Source of the DNA: a virus | Direction: 5' to 3' (one strand) | Length of the DNA stretch: 64,000 nt | IMG/VR virus record: IMGVR_UViG_3300037205_000062 | Span: 98,912-162,911 of that record | Shown: positions 21,484 to 28,582 of the stretch, in pieces | Layout of the letters: every line of letters begins with the position of its first letter | Position numbering within the stretch: position 1 is the first letter of the stretch | Notes under the pieces: model-generated | The model's input: only the letters and a program-made list of their open reading frames with translations | The model's database searches: none | What the model was told of the DNA's origin: nothing | Made by a program: the position numbers and the translations under genes

Positions 21484-22007
21484 GTAAATGTGTTTTACAA
21501 GATTGGGTGTTAGAATTACCTTTCATGCAACAGTCAGTTTTAATTTCGTCAATTCGTGGGGCAGATGGAGTTATTAAAGACCATCCATCGAAAAATTTAA
21601 TGCGTTGGTTACGTAGGTGTGTTTTATTATCAGCATTTGATAAAAGGGTATTGGATAATCCATATGAAGAAGGAGGGGGTAGTTATACTGGACCAAGTTA
21701 TCTGACTGAAAAAAAATTAACAGATGATCCTTTATACAAATGGGAAGATATGATGGACGTAGTAGTAAAAGATTTTATGAAATCTCAAGACTCCTTACCT
21801 TTACATTTTTATTTACATGTAATTCATGCCTCTTCTATTTTAGGTTATCATCATTCCAATGAACGTATTCGTAATTGGTGGAATAAAACGTACAATAGGT
21901 TGTGCCATGACATGCATTTACATCCAGAAACTCAAGAAGAATTAGATAATAGATTAAATGATAATGAAAAAGCATGGAGAGCAGATGAAAGTAGATTTAA
22001 AAAATAA
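21480..22007 (+). CDS. Hypothetical phage protein
   Basis: VLQDWV..LP.MQQ.VL...IRG.DG; LH.HPET. Confidence 0.55.
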   Translation: MSKCVLQDWVLELPFMQQSVLISSIRGADGVIKDHPSKNLMRWLRRCVLLSAFDKRVLDNPYEEGGGSYTGPSYLTEKKLTDDPLYKWEDMMDVVVKDFMKSQDSLPLHFYLHVIHASSILGYHHSNERIRNWWNKTYNRLCHDMHLHPETQEELDNRLNDNEKAWRADESRFKK

Positions 22008-22008
22008 T

Positions 22009-22443
22009 ATGCCAAAAGCAATCAATATTAATGCCTATCAAGCGGGCGACATCATACAGCTTGCGCCAGATACAGTTATGGTTTCTATTAATAATGAACA
22101 CGAACAATTATTTCCATTACTTTTAGATAGAAAATCCCCAAAGGTGCTAACTTTGCAATTTGCCGATATTCAAGATGATAAATATATGAATGGAACGACT
22201 TATCATCCAATTCCAGAAGAACAAGCGTATTGGCTTTTGAAATTTATTGAAGAACATAAGGGTAAAAATTTCATTGTACATTGCGCTGCTGGTATTTCGA
22301 GGAGTGCGGCGGTTTGTCTATTTTTACATTTAATGCATGGTTACGATTTAAAAGAGAACTTCTGGAAAGTCTCGCACCCAAACAAATATGTAGTTGGGGC
22401 ATTAATGGTGTATTATGCCAAAAATAAAAATAACCTAATTTAA
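22009..22443 (+). CDS. Dual-specificity/tyrosine phosphatase
   Basis: VHCAAGISRSAA (CX5R), F.DI, HPN; start moved to MPKAIN. Confidence 0.85.
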   Translation: MPKAININAYQAGDIIQLAPDTVMVSINNEHEQLFPLLLDRKSPKVLTLQFADIQDDKYMNGTTYHPIPEEQAYWLLKFIEEHKGKNFIVHCAAGISRSAAVCLFLHLMHGYDLKENFWKVSHPNKYVVGALMVYYAKNKNNLI

Positions 22444-22445
22444 GT

Positions 22446-22523
22446 ATGAAGTCAAGGCAAGTTATTTTAAGAGATAAGAAAGTTTCTCCACAAAAACTAT
22501 TGTGTAGCAGATTTTATTTTTAA
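22446..22523 (+). CDS. 25-aa ORF with MKxR tag (MKSRQVILRDKKVSPQKLLCSRFYF)
   Basis: Manual translation; shares N-terminal tag. Confidence 0.4.
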   Translation: MKSRQVILRDKKVSPQKLLCSRFYF

Positions 22524-22719
22524 AAAATTAATATGAAATTACTAGGAATAATAGATGGTGTACCAATTTATGATTACAGTGATGGAGAAGATGAAGATGA
22601 TGATTTTGATTATGGCGAAATGCCAGATATTCCTAAATGGCTGGTTATTTTAATGATTACTATAGGGATTGGAATAGTTGGTTATTGTTTATATGGCTTA
22701 ATTTGTTTTATAAAATTAC

Positions 22720-23022
22720 ATGAAAGCTTATAAATTATTCAGATTAAAGAAAAATGAGGCAATTACTTCGCTTTTTATCAATAAAAGCATAGAATTACCA
22801 ATTGGACAATGGATGTTGGCCCATAATCATCCAACTAAAGGGTTTCAAGTTCGCAAGGGCTGGCATTCAATGAAAAAGAAATCTGCCCCTCATTTAAGTA
22901 AAAATGGTAGAGTATGGTGTGAAGTGGAAATTCTTGATTTTAAAGAGTTTAAGAGACCAAAAAGTCAAGGCGGTCAGTGGTATTTGTCAAATCGCCTAAA
23001 GATAAATTCAATTTTATCTTGA
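22720..23022 (+). CDS. Hypothetical phage protein
   Basis: AYKLFR, HPTKGF..R.GWH, APHL, RVWCEVE. Confidence 0.55.
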   Translation: MKAYKLFRLKKNEAITSLFINKSIELPIGQWMLAHNHPTKGFQVRKGWHSMKKKSAPHLSKNGRVWCEVEILDFKEFKRPKSQGGQWYLSNRLKINSILS

Positions 23023-23346
23023 CAAACAAATAAATAAATGGCATACTTTAAATATGAATAAAACAAATAGTAATAAACGAGTGGTTTACGGTGTTTCATA
23101 CAAGAATCATGGTCGATGGACGACTCCATCAAATATGAGTATCTTTACGAAGACACAGGTAAAGCAATTGAGTGGACAGCCCAAGAATTCTCCTATGGAG
23201 AGGCATTTGGCGGCTTTTACTGAAATTGCCGCGTGGGATAGAAAGCAACCAGCGCGCATTGTCAAGTTTGCTGCTTAATTGGGGAAAACCAGAAGAGCAT
23301 TTCCTGTATTAATTTATTGGTAATGCTTCATTGCATATTTAATAAA

Positions 23347-23547
23347 ATGAAATCAAGAAAAATTATTCCAAGAAATCGTACTGATATGGTGCCTTTATAT
23401 TATGTATGCGATATTAATAAGACGGATCGTGTGGTATATCAGGGGACTAACGAGGAATGTCGAGATTATGCTATAACAGCTAATAAAAGTTGTGGGTATA
23501 CGCTATATTGGTATAAAAATTCATATAAGGTTTTTAAAAAAAATTAA
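23347..23547 (+). CDS. Small protein with MKxR tag (MKSRKIIPR)
   Basis: Internal ATG at 23347. Confidence 0.55.
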   Translation: MKSRKIIPRNRTDMVPLYYVCDINKTDRVVYQGTNEECRDYAITANKSCGYTLYWYKNSYKVFKKN

Positions 23548-23765
23548 TGATTTATGGATGAATATGATAAACAATTTATATATGGCATTGAACAGATTTT
23601 TAATACCTTTCTTGAATTAAATAAACAATCTGATATTAAAATAGGCAGCAAAGCCAGCGTTGATTTTACTAATAAAAAAAATAAATTAACAATTGAATTA
23701 GAATTTGTTGAAAATAATTTAGAAAATAATTTCACAACGTCTATAATTAGATGTAAGTAAAGAAA

Positions 23766-23933
23766 ATGAAAGTAAATTATATAGTTTCGCAATTGATTTC
23801 CCAAAAATGGGAATGCGCTACTATGCGCCCTAGTCTCTTTACAAAAGGTAATAGAGTTGCAATTTTAGATAGTATATAAGGTGGGAAAAGTTAAAGTTTC
23901 ATAAGTAACCCACCAAAAAATGGTGGGTTTTTT
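23766..23933 (+). promoter_or_regulatory. Putative leader-peptide attenuator (37-aa ORF, antiterminator, terminator)
   Basis: ORF 23766-23879; GGTGGG 23880-23885 complementary to CCCACC of terminator 23907-23933. Confidence 0.5.
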
Positions 23934-23964
23934 GTTTTAGACTTGGTTTTAAGTAAAAAAGTAG

Positions 23965-23993
23965 TTGACAAAGAAAAAAGTAGATGTTAGATT
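23965..23993 (+). promoter_or_regulatory. Sigma-70-type promoter for tRNA array
   Basis: TTGACA-N17-TAGATT. Confidence 0.6.
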
Positions 23994-24023
23994 AGTGTTG
24001 TTGAAAGAATTTTAATGTTAGAT

Positions 24024-24154
24024 TGGTTTAGACCCGTAGATGTACCATTAAACATCATGCTGAGTACAGCGTGCAAGACATCATTGTGCGAGTCTGTGCG
24101 ACGTGTAACGTAAGTTACAAAAGTTTCAGTGGCCTTGAAGTCTATTAAAAACCA
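24024..24154 (+). ncRNA. Unknown multi-branch structured RNA
   Basis: TGGTTT/AAACCA and TAGAC/GTCTA closing stems; four hairpins including TGTAAC-GTAA-GTTACA. Confidence 0.5.
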
Positions 24155-24161
24155 CTTTTTT

Positions 24162-24235
24162 GCGGTATTAGCACAAAAGTAGTGCATTTGCTTGCCAAGC
24201 AAGATAAGTCGGAGCATTACCGACATACCGCTCCA
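24162..24235 (+). tRNA. tRNA-Gly(GCC)
   Basis: Cloverleaf, U73, CCA; T-loop AGCATTA. Confidence 0.9.
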
Positions 24236-24240
24236 TTTTC

Positions 24241-24578
24241 GTGACTGAATTAAAACGATACTGTTATCGTTAAAGTTTTAAGCAGGTGAAGAATCTGTTT
24301 AAGTTGCCATGAAATCTTAGTAAATAAGGTAGTCAGAAACTTAGATTGGCCAATCGAAGTCTATGATGTAAGCTATTACTTATAGAACATAACGGATAGC
24401 TTTTTGCTGCGACGGCGGCGAGTGACTGAAATAAAATTGAAAAGATGTAATGCTTGGGCGTAGAAAGGAATCGCCCCGATTTAATTTATCTTTAGACGAG
24501 ATAGGCAAATGTCCTATTTACGAAAAGTGCAGGGAAAGCTACCTAGAAAGCTTGACATGATGGAGAGACATCTTTTCA
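24241..24578 (+). ncRNA. One or two unknown structured RNAs
   Basis: Dense hairpins; TGAAAAGATGT/ACATCTTTTCA closes 24438-24578. Confidence 0.5.
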
Positions 24579-24579
24579 T

Positions 24580-24654
24580 TGTAAGGTATCATAACAGTAA
24601 TGAATTTGCCTGTTAAGCAAAATTATGCAGGGGCGGAACCTGCCCTTACAGCCA
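24580..24654 (+). tRNA. tRNA-Asn(GTT)
   Basis: U1-A72, G73, CCA; T-loop GGCGGAA. Confidence 0.9.
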
Positions 24655-24773
24655 AATCATAAAGATAGTTATCCCTCTTATTTATAAGATTACTCGAAAA
24701 CGAGAAACAAAATAGGTGATGCTTGAGTGGGATTAAAATGGATAATATAGATTAATTTCTGTATTGTTCACTA

Positions 24774-24863
24774 TGCTGCGTGAAGGAAAATAGCCTTGTC
24801 GCCCTCATAAGGCGAATACTGAAAATGCGTATAAGTGGATAAAGACCCGCCGTTCAGCAACCA
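24774..24863 (+). tRNA. Atypical tRNA(CAT) with long variable region and bulged acceptor
   Basis: TGCTG/CAGCA-ACCA; TCGCC-CTCATAA-GGCGA. Confidence 0.65.
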
Positions 24864-24926
24864 TTTAGATAATCCTTGTGCCTTAATAACTTATAGAAAA
24901 ATCGGCAACGGCAAGAATTAAAAAAC

Positions 24927-24998
24927 ACACCCATGTTTAAGTAAACAATTTCGTCTCCAAAACGAAAAATCAAGGAGCGTTACCCTGTGGGTGTGCCA
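24927..24998 (+). tRNA. tRNA-Trp(CCA), small D-loop
   Basis: ACACCCA/TGGGTGT-G-CCA; CTCCAAA loop. Confidence 0.85.
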
Positions 24999-25005
24999 TT
25001 AATTT

Positions 25006-25083
25006 ATATGCGCTAAGTTCGTTTGAACCTTTTAACTTAAATGTTAAATTAGCCTAGACGTTAAACTCGTCTTGCGTATTCCA
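25006..25083 (+). ncRNA. tRNA-like element, anticodon undefined (loop CTTAAATG)
   Basis: ATATGCG/TGCGTAT-T-CCA, T-arm AGACG/CGTCT, two small hairpins. Confidence 0.55.
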
Positions 25084-25087
25084 TTTT

Positions 25088-25161
25088 ACCAAACTCCGAA
25101 AAGCAGTTCTAAGAGAACCACTTAGAGGTTCATCCGATGGTTCGGGATGCGGCTGTTTGGT
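25088..25161 (+). ncRNA. Three-way junction RNA with potential kissing loops
   Basis: ACCAAAC/GTTTGGT; complementary loops GAACCA and TGGTTC. Confidence 0.55.
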
Positions 25162-25177
25162 GATTAATTTAGAAAAT

Positions 25178-25268
25178 GGTCGGTGTCCTCATTGCGAATC
25201 TGTAAAATTCGTCCTTACAACAAAAATGAGAAGTTAGGTCAATGGAGCGTTACCATCACTGACTACCA
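25178..25268 (+). tRNA. Rewired tRNA-Tyr(GTA): D-loop-like segment 3' of anticodon arm
   Basis: Acceptor, A73-CCA, T-arm and CTGTAAA loop intact; CTCATT/AATGAG encloses anticodon arm. Confidence 0.7.
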
Positions 25269-25322
25269 TGTAATTAAAAATATTATAACAATCAGTAAAA
25301 TCTTTTGCCTAATTTATCTAAT

Positions 25323-25410
25323 GGAAGTCGTAAGTATCAGAGTTGATACGACGCACTTGAAATGCGTATGTGCCTACGGGCATGGGGGGCAGAACCTCAC
25401 ACTTCCGCCA
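25323..25410 (+). tRNA. tRNA-Ser(TGA)
   Basis: GGAAG acceptor (one bulge), long variable arm, G73-CCA. Confidence 0.85.
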
Positions 25411-25413
25411 TTT

Positions 25414-25614
25414 ATGACATTAAAAGAAGAAAATCAATGGTTTACTAATCATAAAAACCTTTGTAAATATAGTAGAAAACCAGAAAAAATTGACGAATCT
25501 GTTGCATGTGATTATTGTGGCACAGAAAATACTTATCCTTGGTTAGTTTGTGAAAATCCAAATTGCTATGAAGTTGTAGCATTAGAAAAACAAAGAAGAA
25601 AAAATAATTTCTGA
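25414..25614 (+). CDS. Small zinc-finger protein
   Basis: MTLKEE...CDYC...CENPNC; the upstream part of the tracked ORF is tRNA. Confidence 0.5.
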   Translation: MTLKEENQWFTNHKNLCKYSRKPEKIDESVACDYCGTENTYPWLVCENPNCYEVVALEKQRRKNNF

Positions 25615-25720
25615 CAGGCGGTAAATAAAGGGGTAAAAACATCATAGGTTTAGGCTATTTAGATAGTCAGAATCCTTCCAATTATTTAGGAAGTCCTTGA
25701 AAAATAGCCATTAATTTATT

Positions 25721-25796
25721 GGGGGTGTGGCTCGACAAGCAAGGCACCACGTTTGCAACGTGTTTTATGCAGGAGCGATACCTGTCACCTCCACCA
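25721..25796 (+). tRNA. tRNA-Ala(TGC)
   Basis: G3:U70, ACCA. Confidence 0.9.
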
Positions 25797-25798
25797 TT

Positions 25799-25910
25799 TT
25801 TGATAAGATTTGACGCGTGGACTACTTCGTAAGATGATAAAGTCCGAAGCTGGAAACGGCGAGAAGCCTGTTAAAACCAAAAGAGAGATACTTTTGTGTC
25901 CCTTATCAAA
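25799..25910 (+). ncRNA. Unknown structured RNA
   Basis: TTTGATAAG/CTTATCAAA closing stem; GGACT/AGTCC; GCTG-GAAA-CGGC; CAAAAG/CTTTTG. Confidence 0.5.
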
Positions 25911-25918
25911 TTTTTAAT

Positions 25919-25992
25919 TCCCGTTTCGTATAGAAGCATTACCTGCGCCTTTGGAGCGTAAGAAGGTGGAGCGTTACCATCAACGGGAGCCA
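25919..25992 (+). tRNA. tRNA-Gln(TTG)
   Basis: U1-A72, CTTTGGA loop, CCA. Confidence 0.88.
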
Positions 25993-26031
25993 AAAGATTT
26001 ATTTAGCATTAAAAATTTGTCAACATAAGTT

Positions 26032-26110
26032 GGGATATAGTCCGAAGTAGTCGAGGTACTTTCCTGTCACGAAAGAAATCTAACGGATGCGAGTTCCGTA
26101 TATCCCGCCA
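26032..26110 (+). tRNA. tRNA-Asp(GTC)
   Basis: CTGTCAC loop, G73-CCA. Confidence 0.88.
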
Positions 26111-26122
26111 ATTTAAATATAT

Positions 26123-26199
26123 GGACGTATAACTCAATTAGATAGAGTATCAGCTTGCGAAGCTGAAAGTTGAAAGTGCAAATCTTTCTACGTCCACCA
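26123..26199 (+). tRNA. tRNA-Arg(GCG)
   Basis: TCAGC-TTGCGAA-GCTGA. Confidence 0.88.
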
Positions 26200-26219
26200 A
26201 GGCTTTATTGCCTTTGTTT

Positions 26220-26270
26220 TTCAATTCATAAACAAAATTGAATGGTGGAGGCGGCGGGAAACCGTCGCCC
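26220..26270 (+). ncRNA. Two-hairpin element containing 18 nt antisense to a host-type tmRNA 3' end
   Basis: 26243-26260 is the reverse complement of TTCCCGCCGCCTCCACCA; caged in GGCGGCGG-GAAA-CCGTCGCC. Confidence 0.55.
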
Positions 26271-26286
26271 TTTAAATTTATTTAAT

Positions 26287-26362
26287 GGTATATATCCTCT
26301 ATGTAGTAAGAGCGCGGCCTGTGAAGCCGCCAAAACGAATGCAAGTTTCGTTATATACCCCA
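26287..26362 (+). tRNA. tRNA-His(GTG)
   Basis: G-1:C73, CTGTGAA loop. Confidence 0.9.
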
Positions 26363-26367
26363 ATTTT

Positions 26368-26451
26368 GGCCTCGTGACCTATTTGAGAATAGAACATCAT
26401 ACGGATTTAAACCCCGTGGTTTTGAAGGTGCAAGTCCTTTCGAGGCTACCA
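26368..26451 (+). tRNA. Atypical tRNA-Leu(TAA) without long variable arm
   Basis: TTTAAAC loop on ACGG/CCGT; acceptor identical to Ile(GAT); expanded D region. Confidence 0.6.
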
Positions 26452-26627
26452 TTTTTATTGATTATTTCTAAATAACTTAGAAAATTGGATTGATAAAAAC
26501 AAAATCTATGTTAGAAATTACAAGAAGTTTTGGATTAAAAAGTTCCAATTCAATTCGTAAATGGTGTCAATTATACCAAATAGATTATAAATCTCTTTCT
26601 CCATTTTCTTATAAGAAAAATTTTAAT

Positions 26628-26711
26628 GCGCTTATGTTGTAATAGAAGCCAAGCTGCGTTTAGACCGCAGTGGAGAAATCCGTGGGGGTGCAAGTCCCTC
26701 TAGGCGCACCA
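26628..26711 (+). tRNA. tRNA-Leu(TAG)
   Basis: Class II cloverleaf. Confidence 0.9.
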
Positions 26712-26713
26712 TT

Positions 26714-26827
26714 AGATTAGATCATATTAATGGTATTCGTAACGACAATAGACTAGAAAATCTTAGATTTTTATGTCCCAACTGCCATAGTCAAACACAA
26801 ACCTTCGGTTCTAAAAAAAGAATTTAA
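26714..26827 (+). pseudogene. HNH homing endonuclease remnant
   Basis: RLDHINGIRNDNRLENLRFLCPNCHSQTQTF, no start. Confidence 0.8.
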
Positions 26828-26828
26828 T

Positions 26829-26904
26829 GGCCCGTAGTAACAACAGCATGTTTGCCTCCTTTACACGGAGAATCGAGCAAGGGCAGCACTTGCACGGGCT
26901 ACCA
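26829..26904 (+). tRNA. tRNA-Val(TAC)
   Basis: TTTACAC loop, ACCA. Confidence 0.85.
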
Positions 26905-26949
26905 TTTTAATCTTGACATTACAATAAGAATCCACTAATATAGTTATAT

Positions 26950-27026
26950 CGGAATGTAGCGTAGGCTGGTAACGCGTCTGCTTTGGGAGCAGAAGATCGT
27001 GAGTCCGAATCTCACCATTCCGACCA
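26950..27026 (+). tRNA. tRNA-Pro(TGG)
   Basis: C1-G72, GG D-loop; TTGACA promoter just upstream. Confidence 0.92.
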
Positions 27027-27281
27027 TGTATGTTTGAAAAGTATATTACTCATATTTTTGAGAATAATGAGGAAGCAGAAAATGAATCAGCAAAAATTAT
27101 TCATTCAACAGCTAGTAGTATTAGAGGATGGGAACAGTATCAATCTTTTTTAAAAGATAAAAAAGAAAACGATACATTAGTTTGGTTTGATTATAGTTAT
27201 CCAATGGCTTCCAGAAAAGGATTGGGTATTCTAAGAAACGGTAAAATAATTTCTCATTGTATTTTTATAATGAGTTGATAC

Positions 27282-27370
27282 GGCTTCAAGATGTAAAGTG
27301 CATGGGGGGACTTATAATCCCTATAATCGGCAGATTGCCGTTCTGGACGGTGCAATTCCGTATGAAGCTA
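27282..27370 (+). tRNA. tRNA-Ile(TAT) with long variable arm, CCA not encoded
   Basis: GGGGA-CTTATAA-TCCCT; GGCA-GAT-TGCC arm. Confidence 0.75.
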
Positions 27371-27384
27371 CTAATGGTTTTAAT

Positions 27385-27460
27385 GGCCTCGTAACTCAAT
27401 TAGCAGAGTGTTCACCTGATTAGTGAAATGTTGGGGGTGCAAGTCCCTTCGAGGCTACCA
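27385..27460 (+). tRNA. tRNA-Ile(GAT), U37
   Basis: TTCAC-CTGATTA-GTGAA. Confidence 0.88.
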
Positions 27461-27475
27461 TTAAATATTTTTAAT

Positions 27476-27613
27476 ATGGACGAAACGATTACTATTTCCA
27501 AAGAAGAATATGAGGAACTTTTAGAAGATGCTAAATTCATGCGTGCATTAGAAGCCGCAGGAGTAGATAATTGGGAAGGATACGAATACGCCCAAGATTT
27601 ATTGGGAAAATAA
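27476..27613 (+). CDS. Small phage protein with GVDNWEGY motif
   Basis: MDETITISKEEY...ALEAAGVDNWEGY. Confidence 0.65.
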   Translation: MDETITISKEEYEELLEDAKFMRALEAAGVDNWEGYEYAQDLLGK

Positions 27614-27619
27614 TTTAAT

Positions 27620-27695
27620 GTTGCCGAATACAAAGAGACGAGTAAGTAGTCCTTCAAACTACTCCTAGCAGGTGCGAGTCCTGTCGGCAATACCA
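27620..27695 (+). tRNA. tRNA-Glu(TTC), C33
   Basis: GTAGT-CCTTCAA-ACTAC. Confidence 0.8.
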
Positions 27696-27700
27696 TTTAT

Positions 27701-27775
27701 GCATATGTAACTCAGAGGCAGAGTATTGCACTTCCAATGCAAAGGTCGAGATTTCAAAATTCTCCATATGCTCCA
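27701..27775 (+). tRNA. tRNA-Gly(TCC), canonical elbow
   Basis: GG D-loop, TTC T-loop. Confidence 0.92.
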
Positions 27776-27876
27776 ATTTCCAAGACGGAATCGTTTCTGG
27801 CGTTGCCAGACTAGAAATAGCTAAGTTACAATGTTTCGGTTTTAAAGACAAAATAACTACACCTGTCCTTGGAAAT
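27776..27876 (+). ncRNA. Unknown structured RNA filling the Gly-Thr spacer
   Basis: ATTTCCAAG/CTTGGAAAT; TCTGGC/GCCAGA; AGTTA/TAACT. Confidence 0.5.
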
Positions 27877-27880
27877 ATTT

Positions 27881-27955
27881 GCTTCGTAAGCATAAAAAGT
27901 GATGCACTTGATTTGTATCCAAGATAAGCCAGAGCGTTACTGGCACGAAGCTCCA
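27881..27955 (+). tRNA. tRNA-Thr(TGT)
   Basis: Cloverleaf, CCA. Confidence 0.88.
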
Positions 27956-28032
27956 ATTTTTTTAGTTTTAAAAAAACAATTAATTTTCAAATAATACTTG
28001 ACACAATTTTAAATATTTGTTAATCTTTAAAT

Positions 28033-28470
28033 ATGACTAAAGTATCTATTGAAGCTGTTTTGGAGGGTTTGAAGCGGGCGGGAGTAGCAGCCAAAGAAGT
28101 TGGAGTAACATTGAATTATTTGGAAAAGGTTGCTCAAGAAGAACAAGCTCAAAAGGACGCTGAAAAGCTTCCGACTCAAAAAAATGAATATGGTGTTATT
28201 TTATTTGATGTAGATGGAGTAATATCTGGAAAAGATTTTTCAGCAGTTGTTTACCAAATTCCGCAGGGTGATGACCATGGTTTAGTTTTGGGCAAAATTT
28301 CGGAATCTATACGAGAACAAATGGCAGCAGCAAAACGTAAAAAATTTACAATTGATACACTTGGCGCGGCAATTCAAAGCTTAAAGCGTAAGTTTATTAA
28401 AGATAAAAATGTTAATTTGAAGACTAAAAATCCCGTGAGAGTATTGATAAGTAATAATAAATTAGTTTAA
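28033..28470 (+). CDS. Hypothetical protein
   Basis: ORF behind TTGACA promoter. Confidence 0.55.
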   Translation: MTKVSIEAVLEGLKRAGVAAKEVGVTLNYLEKVAQEEQAQKDAEKLPTQKNEYGVILFDVDGVISGKDFSAVVYQIPQGDDHGLVLGKISESIREQMAAAKRKKFTIDTLGAAIQSLKRKFIKDKNVNLKTKNPVRVLISNNKLV

Positions 28471-28505
28471 TATGCAAACATGAAGATAGAAGAATAATAA
28501 TTTAA

Positions 28506-28582
28506 GCGTTCGTAGCTAAAATAGCCAAAGCATTCGGCTTTTAACCGAAATAGTGTGGGCGCAAGTCCCACCGAGCGCACCA
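28506..28582 (+). tRNA. tRNA-Lys(TTT)
   Basis: CTTTTAA loop. Confidence 0.9.

Noticed and set aside
27620-27695. Opal suppressor or Sec tRNA (CTTCAAA loop)
   Set aside because: The 5-bp stem GTAGT/ACTAC centres TTC (Glu); the TCA register does not pair and there is no Sec-type arm.
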